Origin: Octopus sinensis
Taxonomy: Eukaryota
Direction: 5' to 3'
Assembly: GCF_006345805.1 (NCBI RefSeq)
Contig: NC_043002.1
Span: 45,570,001-45,634,000 of the forward strand
DNA: 64,000 bases
Part shown: positions 48,821 through 60,591 of the stretch, piece after piece
Layout: each line of letters begins with the position of its first letter
How positions within the stretch are numbered: the stretch's first letter is position 1
The notes under the pieces: generated by a model
What the model was told of the DNA's origin: nothing
The model's database searches: none
The model's input: only the letters and a program-made list of their open reading frames with translations
Made by a program: the position numbers and the translations under genes

Positions 48821-49986
48821 GGCAGAATTTTGGTTTAAGCACCTCATATAACCCCTCATAACTTTTTTATCTTTTCAAATTTTAAGAAGATTTTGGCGAA
48901 TTTGTGTTCTACACTCAGTAATTCATACGATTATGTGAAAAAAAATGTGTGATTGATTTAAGGGCTATTTAGCTGTTATTTTTAGCACATCTCACGGCTA
49001 CCTGATACCTTCCTTGTTTCTTTGTCACTGATATGTATTCATGTTTTAAATATTTTTCTCCCCATAACCACATTTAATGGAATGATGCTGCACCCAAGGG
49101 CGGTCCATTGATAGGATCTAAGCAGAAAATTCAGACTGTCCGCATTTTAAACTCCGATTTAACCCTTCGTGGGCTGGCGGAGTTGGAATTACTCAAAAGG
49201 CCATTGGGGTCCTTCGGGATCCCCGCCCCCTTCATTCTTGCTCATTTCTGTACTATCCATAAAGAAATATTTGTTTAATCTCGTATATATATATGTGTGA
49301 GAGCATGATACAGAATAAGAAATTTAGCATCTTATAGGTATATATTTGTAATTATTGGCGTTTAATGTAGGGGAATTAAAATATAATTTATTGACTGAAA
49401 GAAAAACCTTTGTTGAAAGAAATCAACATTTTAAAAATAGTTTTATAAACTATACATATAGCACTAAATATGAAATAAAACAAAATTATTTAATATATCG
49501 ATTCATACCAGCACAAATATGAAGAAAATTGACTTATAGTTCATCAGAATATCTGAAAAAAGAACAGAAAAAAAATAATTTCACAGCTGAACCCCAATGA
49601 CTGTAATTTTATGCTATAACATCCATATGACTGGAATTTTTTAGCTCGACACATAAACTAATATAAACTAGCAACAATAGAAGTCATGAGATATAAATGT
49701 GTTTAAATAAAAAAAATGTAAAAGTTGCATAACTTTTAAAATTTGTTGGGGTCCCTTGGGACCCCATCGGCTTACAAAGGGTTTTAAAAAATTTGTAAAA
49801 GAGTGGAACTTTTAATATTTTATAGAGGAGAAGGAATAGTTTAAAAAATTAAAAAACATTTTTTTTTTGCATAATCATATGAATTCCTGTGTGTAGAACA
49901 CATTTGCAAAAATTTTCTGAAAATTAGAAAAAACAAAAAAAGTTACAAGGGGGTATATGGGGTGCTTAAACCAGAATTTCACTGCC
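48821..49986. mobile_element. Foldback/MITE with about 125-bp TIRs
   Basis: 48821-48948 is the reverse complement of 49862-49986 (roughly 75-80% by eye). Confidence 0.7.
49163..49781. mobile_element. Nested piggyBac-like element
   Basis: ttaa-cccttcgt ... acaaaggg-ttttaa, with a subterminal palindrome ggggtcc..ggga(c/tc)ccc near both ends. Confidence 0.5.
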
Positions 49987-50186
49987 TATTTTATATTTGC
50001 AATGTGTGTGAAACAACTATGAGAATCATAACTATGCTATAATTGAATTCAATTAGCCTAGAAAATACCGTTATATAATGTTACTGCATACATGTCACAT
50101 TTTCTGACTTTTTAAAAAATCATCTCTGTATAATGCTATTTCTTGTTCTTGTTGCAGTCTTCAAGTCCTTAATAAAACATTCTAAT

Positions 50187-50430
50187 ATGTCAGGAAAAAT
50201 TGGTAGTAATACAAACGATCCATTAACAGCTAATTCTCGGCTGTTTGTTGGAAATCTAAATACATTTGCACTAAGTCAAAAGGATATTGAACAAATATTT
50301 AGACGATATGGATTTGTTATTGGTATTTCCATTCACAAAGGATTTGCTTTCATCCAGTATTCAACTGAACAAGAAGCAAGATCAGCACTCAACAGTGAAA
50401 ATACAAAAACTTACGCAAATCAGCAACTAG
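50187..50430 (+). CDS. HNRNPC: hnRNP C / RALY-family protein, first coding exon (RRM); exon 50158-50430
   Basis: Acceptor ttcttgttgcag, ATG at 50187, donor gtaagt. MSGKIGSNTNDPLTANSRLFVGNLNTFALSQKDIEQIFRRYGFVIGISIHKGFAFIQY...QQL(D) closely follows the hnRNP C RRM (DPRSMNSRVFIGNLNT...HKGFAFVQY). Cannot be separated from RALY/RALYL by eye. Confidence 0.9.
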
Positions 50431-50529
50431 GTAAGTGTATTTTCAGATATTTATTGTTTGCAATGCACTGTTAAGGAAGGGACAGTTTGTTTCCTTGGTT
50501 TACCTTATAATTTGTTGAGACCTATTGAG

Positions 50530-50870
50530 TCAAGTACATCAACATCAAAATAAAAATCAAATGGAAATTGTAGTTGTGATACCTATGCCGGTGGCACGTA
50601 AAAAGCACCATCCGAACGTGGCTGATGCCAGCGCCGCCTTGACTAGCTTCCGTGCCATGTAAAAGCCACTAACTGATTGTGGCCAGTGGCACATAAAAAG
50701 TACCCACTACACATGGAGTGGTTGGCGTTAGGAAGGGCATCCAGCTGTAGAAATACTGCCAGATCAGACTGGAGCCTGGTGCAGCCATCTGGCTTCCCAG
50801 ACCCTGGTCAAACCGTCCAACCCATGCTAGCATGGAAAACGGACGTTAAACGATGATGATGATGATGATT
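50530..50870 (+). mobile_element. RTE 3'-end copy in hnRNP C-like intron
   Basis: Near-consensus tail and (GAT)n. Confidence 0.88.
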
Positions 50871-51282
50871 TCCAGAGAAAGTACATATGTAATAATGAAT
50901 GATCTAAAATTATTGGGTTTCACTGAAAGGGAAATGGAGTTAAAATATCACAAGAATTATTTATTTACACAACTCCCTGTCATGTACCAGCATGGAAAAT
51001 CAGATGCTAAAATGATGATATAATGATATTTATTTCTAGCATAGGCACAAGGTCTTGAATTTTTGATGAGAGTATAATTAAATCAACTTCTACTTGACTA
51101 GTATTTTGTTTTAAAGTTGAAAGATAAAGTCACCTCTGCTAGGATTTGAAATCTGTAAATAAAAAAGCCACTATTAAATGCCACAAGGCATTTTAATCAA
51201 CATTTTACTGTTTCTACCAGTACCTTTCTTCAAGATTGATATGATTTGTGATCTGTACTCCATCTTTGAGACCTCACTCATC

Positions 51283-51965
51283 ATCATCATCACCACCATT
51301 TAATGTACATTTTTCATGCTGGCATGGGTAAAATAGGTTGACTGGTGCTGGTAAGCTGGAGAGCTGCACCAGGCTCCAGTCTGTTTTGGCTTGGTTTCTA
51401 CAACTGGGTGTCCTCCCTAATGCTAACCATTCCACAGAGTATACTGGATGCCTTTTACATGTCACCAGCACACAGGTGACTCTTGCATGTCACCAGCATG
51501 GGTGCCTTTCACGTGTCACTGCCACTGGCCACGACTACAATTTCACCAAGCTTGATGTCTTTTCAAGCACAGCAGATCGCCAAAAATTTTGGTCACTTGT
51601 CATCATCTCCATGAGACTCAACATCTGAAGATTGTATTTCACCACCTTGTTCCAAGTCTTCCTGGATCTACCTCCTCCACAGGTTCCCTCCACAGTTAGA
51701 GATTGACACATCTTTATACAGCTGTCCTCATCCATATGCATCACATGACCATACCAATGCAGTCTTCTCTCTTGTACACTACATCTGATGCCTCTTATAC
51801 TCAATTTTTCTCTTAAGCCACTTACACTTTGTCGTATGTGCATATTGACATTGTACATCCAGCAGAGCATATTAGCTTCATTGTTTTCAAGCCTTCACAT
51901 GTTCTTTGCAGTCACAGCCCATGTTTCACTGCCATGTAGCATGGCTGTTTGCTCACAGGCATCTA
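51283..51965 (-). mobile_element. RTE LINE 3' fragment
   Basis: QERRLHWYGHVMHMDED...GGRSRKTW plus 3' tail. Confidence 0.8.
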
Positions 51966-52682
51966 CATTAAAAAGATACTACTATCAATGGTCTAAAATG
52001 GCTAGCTGTACTTTAAAAAAAAGGGGGTGCTACAGGTGAGCCACTGTAAAATTGATTATTGTTTTGTTAATATTGGAAATGAATAGGACAGCCCCTTGTG
52101 GTATGTTTATGTTAGTGAGAAACCTTTCCTACCATTTCCCTCTCACAAACAATCTTGTTACCAAAGAAAAGTTGCAAATAGTTGGCAGAGCTACAAAAGT
52201 CTTCTGTTACCTTCAAACTTGGTGTATGATTCAAATGCATGTGACAGACTGAACTCTGCTAAAGGCACCCACAGTGTTTTATTTCAACACTAGCACTAGA
52301 TGGTATATTTATTATTCTCTAATTCTGAGGCAGTCATCATTATTTACTATCCACTTTTCCATGCTCAAATGAGTTGGAAGGAATTAGTTGAAGCAAATTC
52401 TTTATGGCCAGATGCCCTTCCTGTTGCCAACTCTTGTCTGTTTCTGAGTATGGTAATGTTTCCTAATGATCAGACATGTCTTGGAAGATTAGAAATGAAG
52501 GACACTGCATGCATGATAGTAACTCTTACTTAGAACTATTACATGAAGTCAAGGCAGAGACAGCAAAACACACACACACAGATATATCATCATCATCATT
52601 TAACATCTGCTTTCTATGCTGACATGGGTTAGATGGTTTGACTGGAACTGGTAAACCAGAGAGCTGCAGCAGGTTTCAGGCA

Positions 52683-53166
52683 CAGACGTGGCTGTGTGGT
52701 AATAAGCTTGCTTTCCAACCACACGGTTCCGGGTTTAATCCGACTGCATGGCACCTTGGGCAAGTGTCTTCCACTATAACCTCAGGCCGACCAAGGTCTT
52801 GTGAGTGGATTTGGTTAGTGGAAACTGAAAGAAGCCCGTCATATATATATATATATATATATATAATACACACCCAAGTACCTTAATCTTATCTACCAAA
52901 TACTTCAGTTCGCTGAAGGGGTGGAAGTAGAGTGGGGTAGTATGGCCTCTTGGCTGAAACAGCTGTAAGATACTATCCTACTTTCTATGCTCTACGTTAT
53001 TTTTTTTTAATAATTACTAGTATTTTTATATATTATATATGTAAAGCATAATAGGTTATACATGTATGTATATTGTTATAATTGTTTTTTTAAAAAATAA
53101 ATAAACAGACATGTCTAAAAGTTGATGAATACCTTGATCCCCTCCATTTTCTTATTGCTGTGTATA

Positions 53167-53207
<41 letters not shown>

Positions 53208-53402
53208 GTTTGTGTGTCTGTTTGTCCCCTCACCATCGCTTGACAACTGATGTTGGTGTGTTTACATCCCTGTAACATAGCAGTTTGGCAAAAGAGACCA
53301 ATAGAATAAGTACTAAGTACTAGGCTTACTAAGAATAAGTCCTGGTGGTGCTCCAGCATGGCTGCAGTCAAATGACTGAAACAAGTAATAGAATAAAAGA
53401 AT
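52683..53402 (+). mobile_element. SINE family A interrupted by a ~295-bp insert in its central TA tract
   Basis: Head 52683-52845, tail 53205-53402, foreign sequence 52866-53160. Confidence 0.7.
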
Positions 53403-53649
53403 ATATATATATTCAGACTGAAACTTAGTACAGCTCTCTGGCTTCCTAGTTACAGTCAAACTGTCTAATCCATGCCAGTTTGTCTGAGCCCATCCACAGA
53501 TTTACAATATAGAATTGTGATGAACCATAACCTTGAACTCTACCAAAAGATTACCTCAAGTTCTTCACTAATCTAAATAATATTGTTAGCCTGGTGTGCC
53601 AACAGATAGCTTATGAAGTATTTTGCATGGATTAATAATCCCTCACTAC

Positions 53650-53955
53650 GGTGGCACGTAAAAAGCACCATCCGATTGTGGCCGTTGCCAGCCTCGCCTC
53701 GCCTCTGTGCCGGTGGCACGTAAAAAGCACCATCCAATCGTGGCCGTTTGCCAGCCTCGTCTGGCACCTGTGCTGGCGGCACATAAAAAGCACCCACTAC
53801 ACTCGCATAATGGTTGGCGTTAGGAAGGGCATTTAGCCGTAGAAACATTGCCAGATCAGACTGGGCCTGGTGTAGCCTTCTGGCTTCCCAGACCCCAGTT
53901 GAACCATCCAACCTATGCTAGCATTGAAAGCGGATGCTAAACGATGATGATGATA
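53650..53955 (+). mobile_element. RTE 3'-end copy with hairpin repeats
   Basis: gtgccggtggcacgtaaaaagcacc units, consensus tail. Confidence 0.88.
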
Positions 53956-55149
53956 TACATATGTATATATATATATATATATAAAGAATGATGATGGTGA
54001 ATACTTTAAAACTTATTCGTTATCTTTGTTACATTAGACTATGATGTGGCAGATATTCTATTTTTGCTTTTTGCATACCATTTCTGACCAGTATTACAAT
54101 TCTCCTCTCTGAGACTTGTTGACAGTTTGTGTACTAGACAGTGTTTACAAACTGTCAAAATTACCTAAAAGTACTTAGTTCTGTGAGATTCTGTATTGTA
54201 TTTTTCAGTGTTGAAATTTGTTCTAATAGACTTTGACACATATTTATGTAACAGTGACATTTACATAATTTCTTTTGCCATAATCGTTTCCTTAGTTTTG
54301 AAATGTTAATATGCACAATTATAACTGTAGACTAATAATAATTTCCATTCCATAGAAGTACTTAATATTGTGAAGTCATTGTACCCAAGATATGACCTTG
54401 TAAAAAGAAGGTACTTTTTTTTTTTAATATGGTCTATATAATTTTTTTCTAGTTGTAAATGTAATGTGTTACATATGCCAATATTATCAATGTTATTGCC
54501 ATCATCATTTAATGTCTATCTGTCTATCTCCCACATTAGCATGGGTTTTATGGATTGACAGGATCTTATACATCTAAGGACAGCATTGTGCTCCAATGTC
54601 TGCTTCAGCATGGTTTCTTCAGCTGGATGTTTTTCCTTATGCCAACCACTTTGTAGTGTGTACTAGGTGTTTCGTTTGTGGCACCAGCACTAGTGAGGTT
54701 GCCATGCAGCTTGCAGGGCTAAGATCCCCTTTAAGTGAATAGGGCTAGAGTTGAGAGGGAGGTGGCTTTTTATGCTTGGTGATGAGAGTTGAAGTATGAA
54801 AGAAAGGATCTGAACAGGTTTCTTGCTGCAGTGAAGCTACATGGCTACTCACATTGTTATTGGTGATGAGGTTTTAATGTAAACCCTCAAGGTACAAGAT
54901 GAGTAGAAATAAGTGGGGATAGTTGAATAGGGAGTGTGGCTAGTTAGTTTCAATACATCTAAATACATAAAATTTCAATAGGTTTGTCTTTTCAGTTGAA
55001 TTTACTCATTCCAATTGTTCTTGACCAGTGGAGAAATCAATACTTTTACTCTTGAAAATTTAAATTCAATGTTTTAATGCTTATGTGTTAGAATAAATGA
55101 AACTTTTACTTGAACTTTCTCAAGGAAAATGTATGTAAAATTCTTTTAG

Positions 55150-55282
55150 ACATAAACCTGTGTTCCGAGTCAAAACCAAAACGAACTGGTCATACGCCAA
55201 CCGCACCCCCATCACCTCATGGACATGGCACAACTAATGCTTACATGAAACCTCCTCCAATGCATATGAATCGGATAAGTCG
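55150..55282 (+). CDS. HNRNPC: hnRNP C / RALY-family protein, second coding exon
   Basis: Acceptor ttcttttag. Phase-1 join gives DINLCSESKPKR... (hnRNP C has DINLAAEPK), then a Pro/His-rich linker. Donor gtaaaa is tentative. Confidence 0.8.
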
Positions 55283-58182
55283 GTAAAAAAAAAATTTGAT
55301 GCTTATTTTCCTGTTAACAATTTTTAATTTGACTTTGTTGTGAAAAGTATATTTTTTCCTTGTATTTTTTTAATAACTTCATTACCAAGAAATATTGTTA
55401 AATTTACTTTTGCTGAGCGACTACAATATTTTTTATGTCTTTAAATAGGGAAAAATAAATTGTGAATCACCTATAACATTGTTAAATTATGCACATTCTT
55501 ATTGCGACTTTATTACTCAACTGCCCATTTTTGTAGTTAAATATGAAATGAATTCACAAGTATTTTTTTCTTTATCTTTGTTTCCCCTTTTGCTGTACCT
55601 AATGTTCAAATCTTATTCTATTAAAATCTGTACAGGTTAGAAATGCAGATAGATCTTAGAGAATCTTTGGTGTGTGTGTGTGTGTATAGATCTAGATATA
55701 TATTATTGGAAGCTGAAACTTCGCAAATCTTTAATGAGTTACTCATTTCCAATTTTATGTTTATAAAAAATGGAGCGTGCAAATGATATTTAATAGATAT
55801 CATAACCTTTCACTCGAGCACTGTATACAATAATTTCATTATTATTATAAAATGAAACAGTAGGATTTTAATGGTAGATAATAAACCTGTTATTTGAAAA
55901 CTTAGATGGTGGTAGTGATATGGAGCTGATTTGCTAGTTAAGGAGGGGAAAAAAACTGATATAAAAAAAAGCATAAACAAAAAAAAACGTATATTAGAAT
56001 TGTATAAAAATAATTTATAATCACAGTTGTATAAAGAAAAAATATAACATTTATAATACTCCAAAAATGGAGGTAAAAGAATTACCTATCATTTCCTGAA
56101 TTCCTGAATTATTTGTTTGGCTATACATAGTTACAAGTAAATGTTTTGAAGCATGTCTGTAGGAGCCCCACATCTTTTACCTTTCATACAAACCATGCAA
56201 GTCTTGAAATAAGATGAGGTACTTCTCACTTTAGCAGAATCCACAACTCATATTTGAGTGAAATATGTTATGCACATAAAGCAAAGAATGTTCTAGGATG
56301 GACCATTTGATTTTAAATTCAGTTGGAATTGTTTCTTTTAAAAACCAATTATATTTGGACAGACTTGTTGAAAATTTTTACAATCTAAATTCTTGAATGA
56401 ATGATAAGAATCAAGCCTTGAGTGTATTTTCAGTTTATACTATGTTAAGTTTTTGGTATACTGTTATTGTATAGTTGTACCTTAGTGCAATAAACTAAGG
56501 CTTTCAAAAGCCAATTATCATTGAGAGGGCAGTTGTTTGGAGCAACACAATTACAGTTTAGAAAAGAGGCTGTATTTTTATGCCCCAAAAGTCTTCAAAT
56601 TGGTTAATTGAGCCTACAGAATTTGTACAGCAGCTAGTTAACCATAGCTGAGCATCAGTTAAATATATGTTATATTTATGATTTGTAGGCAAATTAAAAG
56701 AAATGAAATTTAGGAAATCTTTAGCACTATTAGTGTTAATTTAATGCATGATTTATTCAAAGCAATGTGAATAAATAAGCATTACAGTTGACAATCTGAA
56801 TCCTGAAGGCTAAAGTAATATCTAAAAAACATAAAGTACTAGTAATATTTTGTACCAGCTGTTATTTGACCTATTTCATTAATAATTTATAGGATCTTCC
56901 ACTAAACCTATCTTGTACATGATCTTTGTATATGTGAGAAAAAGACTATCATTTCCATATTCAACTACCTTGTATTCTCTCATTTTATTTTTTTTTTTTC
57001 ACCTAGAATGAATTAGAAAACAAAAAAGGATCTCAAATTGAGTAGATTTATGGTGCTCATTGTTAATTCTGCTTGATCACTTTATTAACATACTGTTATT
57101 TGATAATGAGAAGGATATTATGCTTTTTATTCTGAATATAATTGAATTTATGATATGCTTTTTAACTTATCTTGATTCAGTTTTTGTTGGGTATTTAGTA
57201 CCTGACTGGGCCTGATGAAGCCTTCCGGCTTCACAGACCCCAGTTGAACCGTCCAACCCATGCTAGCATGGAAAACGGACGCTAAATGATGATGATGATG
57301 ATGATTTAGTAGAATTTGTTAGAAAAATTAACTCAGTGACCTTTAAAAAATCTGAAGTGTACTGAGCTAAATGTTCTACTTATATTAAGACTAGTGACAA
57401 TTTCTCTAGCTTATAGCTTTATCTAGTTGTATGTTTTGGTGCCAGATTTATAAAAGAAAACTGTTAGTAATCTTAACAGGTAAATGTGTTATTACTGTTG
57501 TATATTTTTTTCTTTTATGTCTTGTTTCTAATGATAGGTGTCTTTGGAATTTCACAATGATTTTAAATTCTTATTTAAAGAGTTTTGAAAGTTATGAACT
57601 TTCTTGGAATCTGACTTATTTTATCAAGTTGAAAAATGTGCTTCCAAGTCTTCAAAATATTTGCTCTGTTACTATATAATTCCAACTGGATAATTTCAGT
57701 AATTTTCAAAACTGTGTGACCTGTTGTCATCCTTTTTTTTTTTTTTTTGAGTATTATTTTTTTAAATAATTAAGAATGTTTTAGCTGTTTCCCTTGCTCA
57801 GTTAGATGTTTCTTTTTTTCCTGTCTCCAATTATAAATTTCTTTCCTTTAACTTGCTTACATCTGCACGTTTTCACATTTTATTTTTTTCTTCATAAATA
57901 TATTTACCAGTCAAGAATTTATAAACTTTTGAGAGAATGTAAAATAATTATTTTCAGAATAGTGGCTCTCAAAGCACTTATTAAGTTATAAATAGTAGCA
58001 TGTAAATATAGGGTTGCAAAACCCCCTTTCGGACCGAAAATGTTGAAGGCTGCCCATGTGACCTGAACCCACATCTCCTGTAGACATGTCAGGCTTTCTA
58101 CTGTTTCAATCACTCCTTTGAATCTCTATCCATTTTAGAAACTTTATTTTTACTAGTGAGAATTATATATTGTTAGTGACAC

Positions 58183-58555
58183 TGTGCAGTGCCATGTACA
58201 GGCACACATGTGGTGCCATGTAAAAGCACCCATGCAGTGCTAATTGAAAGTGCCTGTGTGGTGTCATGCAAAAAGTGCCTGTGCAGCACCATGTAAAAGT
58301 GCCCATGTGGTGCCATATAAAAGTGCCCGTGCAATGTCACATAAAAGTGTCTGTGCAGTGCCACATATAAGCACCTGTGTGGTGCCACGTAAAAGCACCC
58401 AGCACACTCTGTAAAGTGGTTGGCATTAGGAAGGGCACTCAACTGTAGAAACCATGCCAAATCAGACTGGAGTCTGGTGCTGCCCCCTAGCTTGCCAGCT
58501 CTGGTCACTGTCCAATCCATGCCAGCGTGGACAGTGGATGTTAAATGATGATAAG
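58183..58555 (+). mobile_element. RTE 3'-end copy with a nine-unit 24-bp array
   Basis: tg(c/t)(a/g)gtgccatgtaaaag(c/t)(a/g)cc units, then the tail. Confidence 0.8.
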
Positions 58556-58999
58556 AATTTATAAACCTTCAAGAGAACATGAAATTATTTTTTTGGTATA
58601 GTGTAAACATAACGCTATAAATAATAACATGTAAATATTGGGTTTCTATCGCAAAGGGTTTTTCATTTCAATATTTATATGCTTTATATTTATATGCTTA
58701 GAGATCCACTATTCCAAAAGAACATTTACAAGAATATTTCCCTCTCCAGCTAACATATCCTGTCTCATTCTTATTCATATTTATCAAAGAACAGTTATGT
58801 TGCCAACCAATAAGAATCTTATTGTTCCATTTCAAACTGATGACTTTATATGTCATTTTCATTTTTCATTTTTTTAATCTCAAGATGAGAAATGAGAACT
58901 TGGAGAAATGATTTGTGAAACTTCAGCTGCCAATTAATTATATACTTTTACTTTCTCTTTTCTCTCTCTTAATTTTCACACTATAGGCTTTACCTATCA

Positions 59000-59540
59000 T
59001 CATTGTTTAACATCCGTTTTCCATGCTGATGTGGGTTGGATAGTTTGACTGGGGTCTGGGAAGCCAGGAGCTTCCAATCTGATCTGGCAGTGTTTCTACA
59101 GCTGGATGCCCTTCCTAATGCCAATGGCTGAGAGTGTAATGGGTACTTTTTATATGCCACCGGCACAGGGACCAGAGGGGGCTGGCATCGACCATGTTTA
59201 GAGGGTGCTTTTATGTGCCACCGACACGGGAGCCAGTCATGTTTGGATTGTGCTTCTTACATGCCACCGGCATGGGAGCCACTTGGGGCGAGGGGGCTGG
59301 CATTGACCACGTTCAGATGGTGCTTTTTATGTGTCACTGGCATGGGGAGCCAGATAGGTGGCACTGGCATCAGCCACAACTACAATTTCCATTTGGTTGT
59401 GGTTTGATTTGATTTTGATGTTGATGTACTTGACTCAGTAGGTCTCCTCAAGCACAGCATGTCACCCTATGATCCAAAGGTACTTTTCTTTTGAGTGGGC
59501 TGGTTATGCGACACTGGTGTAGGCTACAGCTGTGATTTCA
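59000..59540 (-). mobile_element. RTE 3' UTR copy
   Basis: Tail, hairpin units and (gattt)n. Confidence 0.8.
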
Positions 59541-59639
59541 CTTTTGGATTTAACTCTTATAAAAGCTTTTTTATGTGTGTGTATATATACATACACATAC
59601 ACTTACATATTTCACTCTATCACTATTGACCAGTCTATA

Positions 59640-59900
59640 GATTACTGATTACAATGCATTTCCATTGTCCTTTTGATTGTATCCTTCTCTTCTATTTGCA
59701 CCATCATCTTGGAGGTCTTCCAAGTGATCTCTTCCAATCCTTTGGATACTACTCAACAACTGCATGGGTTCACCTGTTGCCTGTAAGTCTTGCAACACAT
59801 TTGATCCAATGGAATTTATGGTTTTTCATATTCTGTCATCACAGTGTTCATTCCACTCTGTTTTTAAATTACCTTATTTTCAATATGCTCCCCACCCCAG
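59640..59900 (-). mobile_element. RTE-clade LINE C-terminal fragment (third family)
   Basis: KFHWIKCVARLTGNR*THAVVE*YPKDWKRSLGRPPR*W is a decayed WAGHVAR..DNRW...EWYP...RP.GRPPRRW. Confidence 0.65.
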
Positions 59901-60554
59901 TGATAATCTTTTATTCACTCTAGAAGCAGTGTTAGAGTGAATATGTGGTCTGTCATGCTGTAGATCTTCCAAAATCAAGAGGGATATGGTGTGACAGTTT
60001 TTCAGATCTTCTCAGGGGAATCAAGGAAAATGTTAGAGAAATGGGAGGCTATGAAAAGGAACATGGAATATCATTTTGTGTGTTCTGTTCTCTGCAAGGT
60101 AATGAGACAATATCTAGAAAGAAATTTTAAGAAAGGGAGAGGGAAGAAGCTGCTGTGAGCTACAGAAAAGAGCAGAAGTTTAAAGAGATACCTGAGAGAG
60201 AGGTAATGGCACTCAGGAACAAAGATGTGCTCATTATGTTGGACATAATGGAGATGTAGGTAGTCTTTGATACTTTTGACACTAAATCTTTTCAAATCAT
60301 CAGTGGCATCTGGTCATTCACTGATATGAGTGTTGGAAGAAGTGCATCCCATTTTGAATTAGTGCAATAGAGAATACTTTGATGCTAATGAAGAGAGATA
60401 AAACACTAGGAAAAGATGATATATATCTGTGAAAATGTTAAGGAGTAAAAGAGAACAGCTGTAGAAAATTCTTGTTCTGCATTACAATTGATATTTAAAA
60501 GAGGGAAAAGATACACTTTCTGTAGAAATCAAATATCGTGCGTGTGTATGTATG

Positions 60555-60591
<37 letters not shown>

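Noticed and set aside
57205-57235. CTGATGA followed by a hairpin (agcc-ttcc-ggct)
   Set aside because: Chance mutation of the RTE tail consensus ctggtgcagcc; no GAAA follows.
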